Virus record (IMG/VR): IMGVR_UViG_2862963355_000001
Coordinates: 4,660 to 68,659 of that record
Reading direction: 5' to 3' (one strand)
DNA from: a virus
Taxonomy: Duplodnaviria; Caudoviricetes
Length of the DNA: 64,000 nucleotides
Below the pieces are notes generated by a model that was not told the DNA's origin, searched no databases, and saw only the letters and a program-made list of their open reading frames with translations. Positions within the stretch are counted from its first letter, which is position 1; every line of letters begins with the position of its first letter. A program made the position numbers and the translations under genes. This document shows positions 56,257-64,000 of the stretch, one piece after another.

Positions 56257-57195
56257 TCACTCTTGAGTGTTGGGATCTATTTTGCGCGAAGAGTGGTCCC
56301 GCCCGTCATGCGGCGCTCCGTAGCCGAGCCCGTCGAGAGGCGCTGTTCCGTGAGCGGTCGGTTCGTCCGTGAGGAACAGGTCCTGCTGCACCGCGCGGGA
56401 CTGAGCGGTGAAGTCCTCGGGCCTGAGCGTGATCTGTCGCATGCCGCGAGGGGGAGCCACGTCGCGGACCGGGATGACCGCGATCACAGTGGCCACCCCT
56501 ACCGCCGGGAACGCGTCTGCGGGCAGCTCCCACAGGGTTCCCCGCGCCTCCCAGATCTGGGCGAGGAAGTCATTGGTCCTGTGATCGCCCCGGTAAGTGA
56601 GGCTGCCGTACATGATCGCGACGAGGAGGCCGCCGGGCTGGATGAAGCGCAGCGCCCGCTCCACGTGCCGGATGTCCTGGCGTCCGGCAAACGGGGGGTT
56701 CATGATGACGCGCTGGTAGCGGCGCTGCACCGGCACGCTGAAGAAGTCGGCGTTCGTGACCTGCCGGGCGTACCCGCCGGCGCGGATGTGCTCGGCGCGG
56801 GCGGTGTCGAGTTCGACGCAGTCCACGATGGCCCCGCGGGCGGCGACGGCTTCGGCGATGGCGCCGCGCCCCGCCGAGGGCTCCAGCACCTCGCATCCAG
56901 TTTCGAGTTCGGCCAGGTCCAGGATGCGTTCGACCGTGGGCTCCGGCGTCGGGTAGAACCCCCGGTCGACATCGGTGATCACCTCGCCCGTGGCGAGCAG
57001 CCCGGCTATGGCGTCGGCGGCGTCGATGGTGAAGATGTGGGCCTTCTTGTAGCGGTGCCAGACGCCGCCCACCGTGTGAAGGGCGAGGTTGACGCGCTCG
57101 TACAGGTTGCGTTCGAGCTGGCCGTTCAGGCGGAGCGCCGGGCCGTCGACCGTGGCCGCGCGGAGGACGTCGAGAACGTCGGGATCTATCTGCAT
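56257..57195 (-). CDS. Amino (N6A/N4C)-type DNA methyltransferase
   Basis: FYPTP, LEPSAGRGAI SAM motif, IMNPPF catalytic motif. Confidence 0.85.
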   Translation of the reverse strand: MQIDPDVLDVLRAATVDGPALRLNGQLERNLYERVNLALHTVGGVWHRYKKAHIFTIDAADAIAGLLATGEVITDVDRGFYPTPEPTVERILDLAELETGCEVLEPSAGRGAIAEAVAARGAIVDCVELDTARAEHIRAGGYARQVTNADFFSVPVQRRYQRVIMNPPFAGRQDIRHVERALRFIQPGGLLVAIMYGSLTYRGDHRTNDFLAQIWEARGTLWELPADAFPAVGVATVIAVIPVRDVAPPRGMRQITLRPEDFTAQSRAVQQDLFLTDEPTAHGTAPLDGLGYGAPHDGRDHSSRKIDPNTQE

Positions 57196-57210
57196 GGTTG
57201 GGTCTCCTGA

Positions 57211-57462
57211 TCAGGCGTACTGGGTGCAGTTGGCGGCGAGCGGATGGCCCTTGTGGTCCGCGCAGACGGCGTCCCCCGTCGCAGGGTCCGTGCCGCCGTC
57301 ACACAGCTCGCACACCCAGTAGCCGCAGACGACGCAGATCGCGGAGGCGAGCTGGTTGTGGGTGTCGGCCAGGTCGGCGTCGCAGCGGCGACAGATCTCG
57401 GGCGGCAGGGTGCCGTCTTCCGGCCAGGTCTTGAGGCCGTTGATGCGCTCGGGCCGCTTCAT
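57211..57462 (-). CDS. Small zinc-finger protein
   Basis: CRRC...CVVCGYWVCELC...CADH. Confidence 0.6.
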   Translation of the reverse strand: MKRPERINGLKTWPEDGTLPPEICRRCDADLADTHNQLASAICVVCGYWVCELCDGGTDPATGDAVCADHKGHPLAANCTQYA

Positions 57463-57794
57463 ACGGTCTGCCCCTCAGCCTCGTTCGTGGCGCCGGCGAC
57501 GAGCAGCGCCGCTTCGAGTTCCACCAGGCGCGCCGCGACCATGACGGGGAAGCGGACGTAGACGGAACCACCGGCCTGGTTGAGGAGTTCGGCTGCGGCG
57601 AGGAAGGTCGTGTTGCTGGCCTCGTTCAGAGCCTGCGGGTCGTTGTCGCGGCGAGCCTTGACCAGATGCTGCGCGGCCTCCCGAACGAGCTGGGCGGCGT
57701 CGGAGTCGTACTCCTCAAGGGCGTTGGCCGTGGCCGGCACCCCCTCGAACAGGTTGCGATTGATGTTGCGCATGGCGCGGATGTCGTTCATCAC
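57459..57794 (-). CDS. Hypothetical helical protein
   Basis: 111-aa ORF coupled to the zinc-finger gene. Confidence 0.55.
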   Translation of the reverse strand: MMNDIRAMRNINRNLFEGVPATANALEEYDSDAAQLVREAAQHLVKARRDNDPQALNEASNTTFLAAAELLNQAGGSVYVRFPVMVAARLVELEAALLVAGATNEAEGQTV

Positions 57795-57853
57795 TGTGGT
57801 CTCCGGGTGGAAAGAGGGGGCGGCCCGCTGGGGGCCGCCCCGGGATGGATCGT

Positions 57854-58999
57854 TCAGGCCGCGATGGCAACCGGCTCGGCCTCGGCGTCGCCCGCCTCCG
57901 GTTCCGGGGCGCTCTCCTGCTCCGTGTCGTCAGCCGCCTCGGCCTGCGGGGCGGTGGACCCCGCCTCCGCGTCCGTCTCCGAAGTAGCGTCGGCGGTCGG
58001 CTCGGCGGCGGGCTCCAGGCTGGCGAGCGCGGCATCGGCCTCCGCGACCAGGTCGGGGGCAGCCGCCGCGGGGTTGACCATGATCTCGCTGGCGTCGGCG
58101 TGCGCCTTAGCTTGACGGAGCTGGAAGCGGGCCTTCTGGACGAAGTTGGCGACCCGGTCCATCTGCTCCAGCCGCTTGCCCACCTGCCCCTCCAGGGCGC
58201 GGGCCAGCTCCATCGGGTCGGCCTTGCCGATGCTGTCCAGCAGCTCGCACATACGCTCGATCTCGTCGAGGTCGCTCTGGGTCTTGGCCTGTGTCCGGCT
58301 GCGCTGGGCCTTCTCCTCGGGTGTCATCTCCTTGACGTCGACCATGGAGTCCTGCTTGGCGGCCTTCTCCTGCTTGCGCATGGCGTAGGCGATGTGGACG
58401 AGCTGGTTGTCGCTCTTGTCGCCCTTCTTCCAGTCCTCGAAGACAGCCTTCTGGTTGTCCCGGGACAGGGCGGCGATCTGGACGGCGGCCTGAGTGCCGA
58501 TGTGCCCGAGGTCGACAGCCGTCTGGATCTCGGGGCGCAGGGCGAGCAGTGCCAGGCGCTGGTTGACGTACTGGACCGACTTGGAGAAGGTCTTCGCGAC
58601 GCTGGGGACTTGGTCGGGGTCGCCGTCGTACTCGTCATCCAGGACCCGCTTGAAGCCGCGCGCCTCCTCCAGCGGGAGCATGTCCTCGCGGTTCAGGTTC
58701 TCGGCCATAGCCTTCTTGAAGGACTCCATGTAGCTGATCTCGGCGTCGCCCTCGGCCAGGAGGATCTTCGTCTCGATGGTGATGTTGCCCGCCAGCCCGT
58801 TGGCGCGGAACCGGCGCTCCCCAGCGACCAGCTCGTACCCGCCCTCCTCGACCTTGCGGACGACGATCGGCTGGAGGAGGCCGTGCTCCTTGATCGAGTC
58901 GGCCAGCTCAGACAGGGCCTCCTCACTGAAGGTCTCGCGGGGCTGGTTCGGGTTGCGTCGGATCTGACGCATCTTCAGGGTCGCGTACTTGTGCGGCAT
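57854..58999 (-). CDS. ParB/RepB/Spo0J family protein
   Basis: NPNQPRETF..L.EL..SI...GLLQPIVVR...VAGERRFRA, ENLNRED, HTH. Confidence 0.92.
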   Translation of the reverse strand: MPHKYATLKMRQIRRNPNQPRETFSEEALSELADSIKEHGLLQPIVVRKVEEGGYELVAGERRFRANGLAGNITIETKILLAEGDAEISYMESFKKAMAENLNREDMLPLEEARGFKRVLDDEYDGDPDQVPSVAKTFSKSVQYVNQRLALLALRPEIQTAVDLGHIGTQAAVQIAALSRDNQKAVFEDWKKGDKSDNQLVHIAYAMRKQEKAAKQDSMVDVKEMTPEEKAQRSRTQAKTQSDLDEIERMCELLDSIGKADPMELARALEGQVGKRLEQMDRVANFVQKARFQLRQAKAHADASEIMVNPAAAAPDLVAEADAALASLEPAAEPTADATSETDAEAGSTAPQAEAADDTEQESAPEPEAGDAEAEPVAIAA

Positions 59000-59049
59000 T
59001 TGGGGCTCCAAGAGGTCGGTGGGGGCTTCTCCCTCCCCCTTCCTTGCGG

Positions 59050-59065
59050 TTCTATTCTATATGCA
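59050..59065 (-). promoter_or_regulatory. Conserved promoter/operator motif A, copy 3 (upstream of parB)
   Basis: TGGACC-N17-TAGAAT on the minus strand. Confidence 0.75.
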
Positions 59066-59660
59066 TTCAGAGTGAGGGTCCATGATTTTCGAGAAGTTTT
59101 TGCAGGTCAAACACCTAGGTGCGGACCCCGACGGGGCCCGCACCTAATAAACCTTCGCCAGTCAGCCCGCAGCCACCAGGCCAGCTACCTCACGCTGCTC
59201 GACTCCGCGCTCAACCCGCCCGGGGTCGACCACCGATAGGGCGCCGAGCACTTCACGTGCGACCCCTGCGTCCAGATGGACATTCGGTACGCCCCCAGAC
59301 TCCTTCAGCCGGGCCAGTACGCGCTCCAGCTCGATCCCCACCCCGATCCTCCCCGTGCTCCAGCACCCACCCGCAAGAGGGCACTTTTAGATCCCCACGC
59401 AGACGAGTTCGAGGCACACATGTGGCGGCCTGGGGGTGCCGGTCACAATCTCGCAGCCTGGCAGGCGGGTGAGGGGTGACGACCACATGTGAGTGCTTGA
59501 TCTACGTCTACCGTGATCCTGCTTTCAGATACTCCTAATGTCAATCAACCTAGACATTAGACTGCCTTGCGAGTCACCGTCGCCGCGAAGTACATCGAAA
59601 ATGCGCCAATTCTCGACACCGGCCCCGGCCGGGCCACCCCACTGAGGAGTAGCCAGCACC

Positions 59661-60188
59661 ATGCCGCTTGGCCCGGACACCCCACTGTCCAGCAAACTCG
59701 CCGTATTGCTCGGCAGGAAGCGCGGGACAGATGGGAAGACCCCAAGCACACGCGCCATCGCTGCCGCCACAGCCGAGACTCCCGGCGGAAAGCCAGCGAT
59801 GACACACCAAGTCGTGAACGAGCTGCTGAACGGGGTCAAGTCCAACCCATCGACCTCCCAACTCATGGGCCTCGCACGCGCGCTTGAGTGTCCGGCGGCC
59901 TACTTGCTTCCCGGCTACAACGGTTTGACCTCTCTATCGGTCTACGAGGAGCACCACGACGCCCGCGAGGCGCTTCGACTTGTCCATGACCTGGGCGAAG
60001 CTGGAGCTGCCGAACTCCTGGAGGCGGCGCGTGAGATCCGACTGCGGCACGGCGGCAGCGACCTCACCGTCCCAGAAGTTCCCGATCCGCTACCGCCTGC
60101 CGCCGAACCTCCGCGGCCAGGCCGGCGGAGGCGACTCAGCTTCACCGAAGCAGCGGAACGGGCCGTCTCTGATCTGGAAGGAAATTGA
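59661..60188 (+). CDS. XRE/EspR-like HTH regulator
   Basis: GAGGAG RBS; STRAIAAA...HQVVNELLNGVKSNPS...LARAL. Confidence 0.7.
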   Translation: MPLGPDTPLSSKLAVLLGRKRGTDGKTPSTRAIAAATAETPGGKPAMTHQVVNELLNGVKSNPSTSQLMGLARALECPAAYLLPGYNGLTSLSVYEEHHDAREALRLVHDLGEAGAAELLEAAREIRLRHGGSDLTVPEVPDPLPPAAEPPRPGRRRRLSFTEAAERAVSDLEGN

Positions 60189-60192
60189 ACGA

Positions 60193-60969
60193 ATGGACGG
60201 CATCGTCTTCGGTTTGTGCGCACTGGTTTGCATAGCCGGTACCGCGCTCTCCGGCCGGGAAGCCTGGCGGCAGAGGGCCCGAGCCGAGTACCGCGTCGCT
60301 CGGTTCACGCGCACCGTGGCCTTCGGCGTATGCGGCGTAGGCGTCCTTCTCGCCGTGCCCACGGTCGAAAACCTCGTCGAGTCCATGACCGGCATGAACA
60401 ACGCAGCCAAGCTCGGGGCCCACATCTGCGCCGTCCTGTGGTGCGGCAGCCTACAGCTCATGCTCGTGGACTGGTCGTACAACCAGGACGTCCTCAAGGC
60501 CAGCCTCTACGCGCGCATCGCCTTCGGCGTGTGCGTCCTTATGGCGATGCTGCCGCTGTTCGTCGAGACGAGCGGTGAGAGCATCGAATTCACCACCGAA
60601 TACGCCGCAGCTCCTGGTGTCACCGTGTACCTCATGGTCTACCTGGGGTACGTGGCGATCACCTGCGGCGAGATCGCATTCCTCTGCTCCGGGATGGCTC
60701 TGTCCGCCCGACGGAGCGGCCACATCTGGACAGCCAGCGGGCTGGCTGTGTCGGCGACGGCAGCATTGTTCGGTGTCGCTTACGCCGCCAGCAAGGGGTC
60801 ATACCTGGTGATGCACTACCTGGGTCACCCCTGGCCGCTGCGTTACGAAGAGGTCGTCTCGCCCTTGCTGGCCGGTCTCGCCGTGATCGCGCTCATCACG
60901 GGCCTGACGATGGCCATGGTCGGAAGGCGAATCGCAGCCCGGAAGGCGGTCGGTTCAACCGCCGTCTGA
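60193..60969 (+). CDS. Multi-pass membrane protein, MAB_1171c-like
   Basis: About seven TM segments, directly after the HTH gene. Confidence 0.65.
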   Translation: MDGIVFGLCALVCIAGTALSGREAWRQRARAEYRVARFTRTVAFGVCGVGVLLAVPTVENLVESMTGMNNAAKLGAHICAVLWCGSLQLMLVDWSYNQDVLKASLYARIAFGVCVLMAMLPLFVETSGESIEFTTEYAAAPGVTVYLMVYLGYVAITCGEIAFLCSGMALSARRSGHIWTASGLAVSATAALFGVAYAASKGSYLVMHYLGHPWPLRYEEVVSPLLAGLAVIALITGLTMAMVGRRIAARKAVGSTAV

Positions 60970-61917
60970 CACGCGGGACAGCTTGCGCCAGTGGAGGACG
61001 ACTCGGCCTGGCTCGACGGTGCGTACGCCGCGGGCACTCGCGGGGAAAACCTCCACCTTCTTCAAGAGCAGCCTCGTAATGGCCCTCTTCGATGAGTGCG
61101 GTGCCGTGTTCCACCACCTGACGAGGTCTTTGGCGCTGCCCAGCGAGAAGTTCGCCATCTGCTCTGCGTATCGAATTCGCGAGCGGATGTCCTTGAGGTT
61201 TGCGGTGATCTCACCGTCGGCGGTTACGAACGCGTCGCTGCTGATCTGGCGCTTGCCATAGAGGGTGGCCGCCTCCGTCCGGCGCCCTTCCAGGTCCTTT
61301 GCCTCTGCCTCCAGCTTCTTCACCTCCGCCCGCACGGCTACTCGGGCAGCCTGGATCTGGTCCCGGATGCCGGGCTTGAGGAGTTCAGCCACGACGTACT
61401 CGCCGACGTAGTTCTCCAACAGCTCGGCGTCCATACGGACCTCGCCGCAACCGCCCCGCCCTTGCTTGCTCTTCGGGCGGCAGCGGTAGCCCGGCGTACC
61501 TGCGTTCGTACGAGCGCCCTGGAGAGCTTGCGTGCACTTACCGCACTGACTGGCTCCGTCCACCAGTAGGTAGTCGTACGGCGCGTCTGCGTCCGCCGTC
61601 TTCCGGCTCTTGTCCCGCTCCTGGAGGGCCTCGAACTCCTCGCGTGTGATGGCGCCGGGGTGGCCGGCGTCGACGAGCTCGCCGTTCTCGTCATAGCGCA
61701 GACCGGCGATGGCCGGGTTGCGGAAGAGACGCCCAACAGAGGCGTCCTTCCATTCCCCGCCCAGCGTTCCCCGGTAGCCCTCGCCGTTCGCCCACAAGGC
61801 GATGTCGGCGTTCGATTGACCGGCCAGCGCCCGGCTCACCATTTGCCGAAGCGGATCCACTTCGTCATCACGCAGTCGCTGACGCGACTGGTCGTCGAAC
61901 CCGTAGAGCCGTGGCAT
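60955..61917 (-). CDS. Serine-recombinase C-terminal domains (recombinase, Zn ribbon, coiled coil) without the catalytic resolvase domain
   Basis: IALWAN..G..G..G.EW...V..LFRNP.IAG; CGKC...YRC...GC; no Y-x-R-x-S N-terminal motif. Confidence 0.75.
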   Translation of the reverse strand: MPRLYGFDDQSRQRLRDDEVDPLRQMVSRALAGQSNADIALWANGEGYRGTLGGEWKDASVGRLFRNPAIAGLRYDENGELVDAGHPGAITREEFEALQERDKSRKTADADAPYDYLLVDGASQCGKCTQALQGARTNAGTPGYRCRPKSKQGRGGCGEVRMDAELLENYVGEYVVAELLKPGIRDQIQAARVAVRAEVKKLEAEAKDLEGRRTEAATLYGKRQISSDAFVTADGEITANLKDIRSRIRYAEQMANFSLGSAKDLVRWWNTAPHSSKRAITRLLLKKVEVFPASARGVRTVEPGRVVLHWRKLSRVSDGG

Positions 61918-62027
61918 GCGGTCGTCCGTTCTTCTCGTGCTCCGTAGCCGCCCGATCCTAGGCCACAGCCCTGTGGCCGGGCTGAGGATCCTTGAGGAGA
62001 TCGGGTACGCCAATGGCTACGGAATGA

Positions 62028-62279
62028 TCACTGCGCCGGTGGGGTAACCCCGAGCACTCGCCAAAGCGCAGCCGTAGGGATCTTCACCGTGCTGCCCAGC
62101 GTGAGGGTCTGCACAGGGAAAGACCCCGTCTTGATCAAGCTGTAAGCCTTGTGCACACCGATCCCGAGCGCCCGCGCAGCCGTCGTGACGTTCACGGTCG
62201 GCGGCAGCGCGAGCAGTTCCTCCAGAGTCATCGCGCCAGCCCTGGAATCCGTAGCTGCTGAAGCGTCCTTCGTTGTCAT
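62028..62279 (-). CDS. xis: Excisionase (AlpA/MerR-type HTH)
   Basis: LLALPPTVNVTTAARALGIG..KAYSLI..G.FP; divergent from the integrase. Confidence 0.8.
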   Translation of the reverse strand: MTTKDASAATDSRAGAMTLEELLALPPTVNVTTAARALGIGVHKAYSLIKTGSFPVQTLTLGSTVKIPTAALWRVLGVTPPAQ

Positions 62280-62416
62280 TCCCGTTGTCGCGTTCTCCCC
62301 CGCGCCAACGTGATTTAAGGATACGCCAACACTGGAGTGTTGGGGCAAGATGGAGCATCGGTTCGACAAGGACCGACACAGAAGCTCCACAACCGAAGGC
62401 CACGAAGGGGATATTC

Positions 62417-64000
62417 GTGTTCAACCCCAGCTACCAGCGGCGCTGCGCGTGCCAAGAGCCCCTGGTCGAGGACGATGGCACTCCGATACTCGACAAGGGC
62501 GGCAAGCCGAAGCTGCGCAAGCTCGGCGCCGAGTGCCCGAAGCTCACGCAGAAGGGGCACGGCACCTGGTACTTCTACTTCGAGCTCGAAGCCGGCGAGG
62601 GCGGTAGGCGCCAGCGGGTGCGGCGAGGCGGGTTCGCCACGAAGGACGAGGCGAAGGCCAAGGCGGCCGAGGTCTACCGCGACGTCATTGGCGGCGCCGA
62701 CGTCCTCAGCAACACCACCGTCGGGGAGGACCTGCGCACCTGGCTCAAGAGGAAGAGAAGCCTGGCCCGCACCACCCGGCACGGGTACGAGGAGCACATC
62801 ACGCTCTACCTCGAACCGCACCTCGGGCACATCAAGCGGCGTGACCTCAAGCTGCGGCACGTCGAGGCGATGTACGACGCGATCGAGCGGGAGAACGCCG
62901 AGCGGCTGATCCACCACGCCAAGGTCATCGAATTGCAGGAAGCCCGCGATGCCGCCTACACGGCCTGGGTCCGGGCCGCGGGGAAGAAGGAGGAGCGGCG
63001 CACCACGCGCCGGGCCTACCTCGACGCCAACGCCGCGCTCCGAGAGGGCCGCAAGGGCAAGCGGAAGATCACCAGTGCCGCGACGATGCACCGCATCAAC
63101 GCCACCCTCAGCTCGTTCCTGGGCAGCGGCATCAAGCGCGGCGAGTACGCGACCAACTGGGCCGCGATGGTCGAGCTGCCGGCAGTCAAGCGGCCCAAGG
63201 CCCTGGTGTGGACACCCGAGCGCGTCGAAGAGTGGAAGCGCACGGGCAAGAAGCCCAGTCCCGTCATGGTCTGGACACCCGAGCAGACCGGCGAATTCCT
63301 CGACTTCGTGAACGACGACCGGCTCTGCGCTATGTGGCACGCGTTCATTTTCCGTGGCCCTCGGCGCGGCGAGATGTGCGCTCTGCCCTGGCCGGAGGTC
63401 AGCTTGACCGGCTCGTGGTTCCGCATCTCGGCGCAGATCGTCGAAATCGCCTACCGGCAGTACGACGAGGCCCCCAAGCAGGACAGCGTGCGGACGGTCA
63501 CGCTCGACTCCCAGACTCGCGAGCTGTGGCGCGCGTGGCGGCTCACGCAGGACGAGGAACGCGAGCAGTGGTCCGGTGAGGAAGCCTGGGTCGAGAGCAA
63601 TCGGGTCTGGACTCACGAGAACGGCGAGCCCCTGCACCCCGACTGGATCAGTCGGCGGTTCAACCGACTGGTCGAGCTGTCAGGGCTGCCCCCGATCCGC
63701 CTGCACGACACGCGTCACCTGTCGGCAACGCTGGCGCTGTTGGGCAAGGCTGACATCAAGGTCGTCCAAGAACGGCTGGGCCACAGCTCACGGCAGATCA
63801 CCTCGGACACGTACACCAGCGTGCTGCCTCAGCTCTTGACGGCTGAGGCGGAGTCCACGAGCGCGGTCGTGCCCCGGCCTCAGAAGGCAGGTCCGGAACC
63901 GAAGGAGCCGTCCCAGCCGGACGACCAGGACGAGACCTCGGAGGCGGGCCCGGAGGCCGACGGCGAAGGCCCGGACGAGGGATTGCGTCCCGCCGCGTGA
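62417..64000 (+). CDS. int: Tyrosine integrase
   Basis: Arm-binding N-terminus (RRGGFATK.EA); catalytic R (GPRRGE), HxxR (LHDTRH), LGHS and Y (DTY). Confidence 0.95.
   Translation: MFNPSYQRRCACQEPLVEDDGTPILDKGGKPKLRKLGAECPKLTQKGHGTWYFYFELEAGEGGRRQRVRRGGFATKDEAKAKAAEVYRDVIGGADVLSNTTVGEDLRTWLKRKRSLARTTRHGYEEHITLYLEPHLGHIKRRDLKLRHVEAMYDAIERENAERLIHHAKVIELQEARDAAYTAWVRAAGKKEERRTTRRAYLDANAALREGRKGKRKITSAATMHRINATLSSFLGSGIKRGEYATNWAAMVELPAVKRPKALVWTPERVEEWKRTGKKPSPVMVWTPEQTGEFLDFVNDDRLCAMWHAFIFRGPRRGEMCALPWPEVSLTGSWFRISAQIVEIAYRQYDEAPKQDSVRTVTLDSQTRELWRAWRLTQDEEREQWSGEEAWVESNRVWTHENGEPLHPDWISRRFNRLVELSGLPPIRLHDTRHLSATLALLGKADIKVVQERLGHSSRQITSDTYTSVLPQLLTAEAESTSAVVPRPQKAGPEPKEPSQPDDQDETSEAGPEADGEGPDEGLRPAA

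Larger units (their letters stand above)
1..64000. mobile_element. Siphovirus-like prophage of an actinomycete; extends past the left edge and probably just past the right edge
   Basis: Integrase/xis, terminase, portal, capsid, tail tube, TMP, lysis and replication modules, nearly all co-oriented on the minus strand; no host housekeeping genes seen. Confidence 0.95.

Noticed and set aside
59100-59640. Possible att site, tRNA or ncRNA in the intergenic region (includes a hairpin at ~59118-59144)
   Set aside because: No cloverleaf and no partner direct repeat found elsewhere in the window; att sites are more likely beyond the integrase, outside the window
62315-63637. 440-aa minus-strand ORF overlapping the integrase
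   Set aside because: Antisense to the integrase, with no recognisable motifs

Overview
The whole window is one large siphovirus-like prophage in a high-GC actinomycete, most likely Streptomyces. Its left end runs off the window, and no att site was found. Almost all genes are on the minus strand. Reading right to left, the modules are: (1) tyrosine integrase (+), excisionase, a serine-recombinase C-terminal-domain protein lacking the catalytic domain, and an HTH/membrane-protein pair; (2) ParB/Spo0J, an NPPF-type methyltransferase and a ParB/ParB-methyltransferase cassette; (3) terminases and portal, with an SRA-like restriction nuclease, a HEPN protein and small membrane/lipoprotein genes interspersed; (4) scaffold, decoration, major capsid, adaptor and minor capsid; (5) a ~13.5 kb cargo block inside the morphogenesis genes, holding an XRE-DUF5753/DUF397 pair, two tandem EEP nucleases and a class I FxLD lanthipeptide cluster with two precursors missed by the ORF track, LanB, LanC, an FxlM methyltransferase fusion and an unknown helical protein; (6) neck and tail genes with a GGGAAAA -1 frameshift, tape measure, baseplate and fibre; (7) lysis genes; (8) a candidate tandem-HTH regulator; (9) recombination/replication genes: AAA ATPase, PD-(D/E)XK exonuclease, initiator with five iteron-like palindromes, C5 methyltransferase, WhiB-like, HU and a RusA-like resolvase. 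Three families of repeated non-coding motifs mark probable regulatory sites. All family assignments come from motif recognition by eye; no database searches were run.
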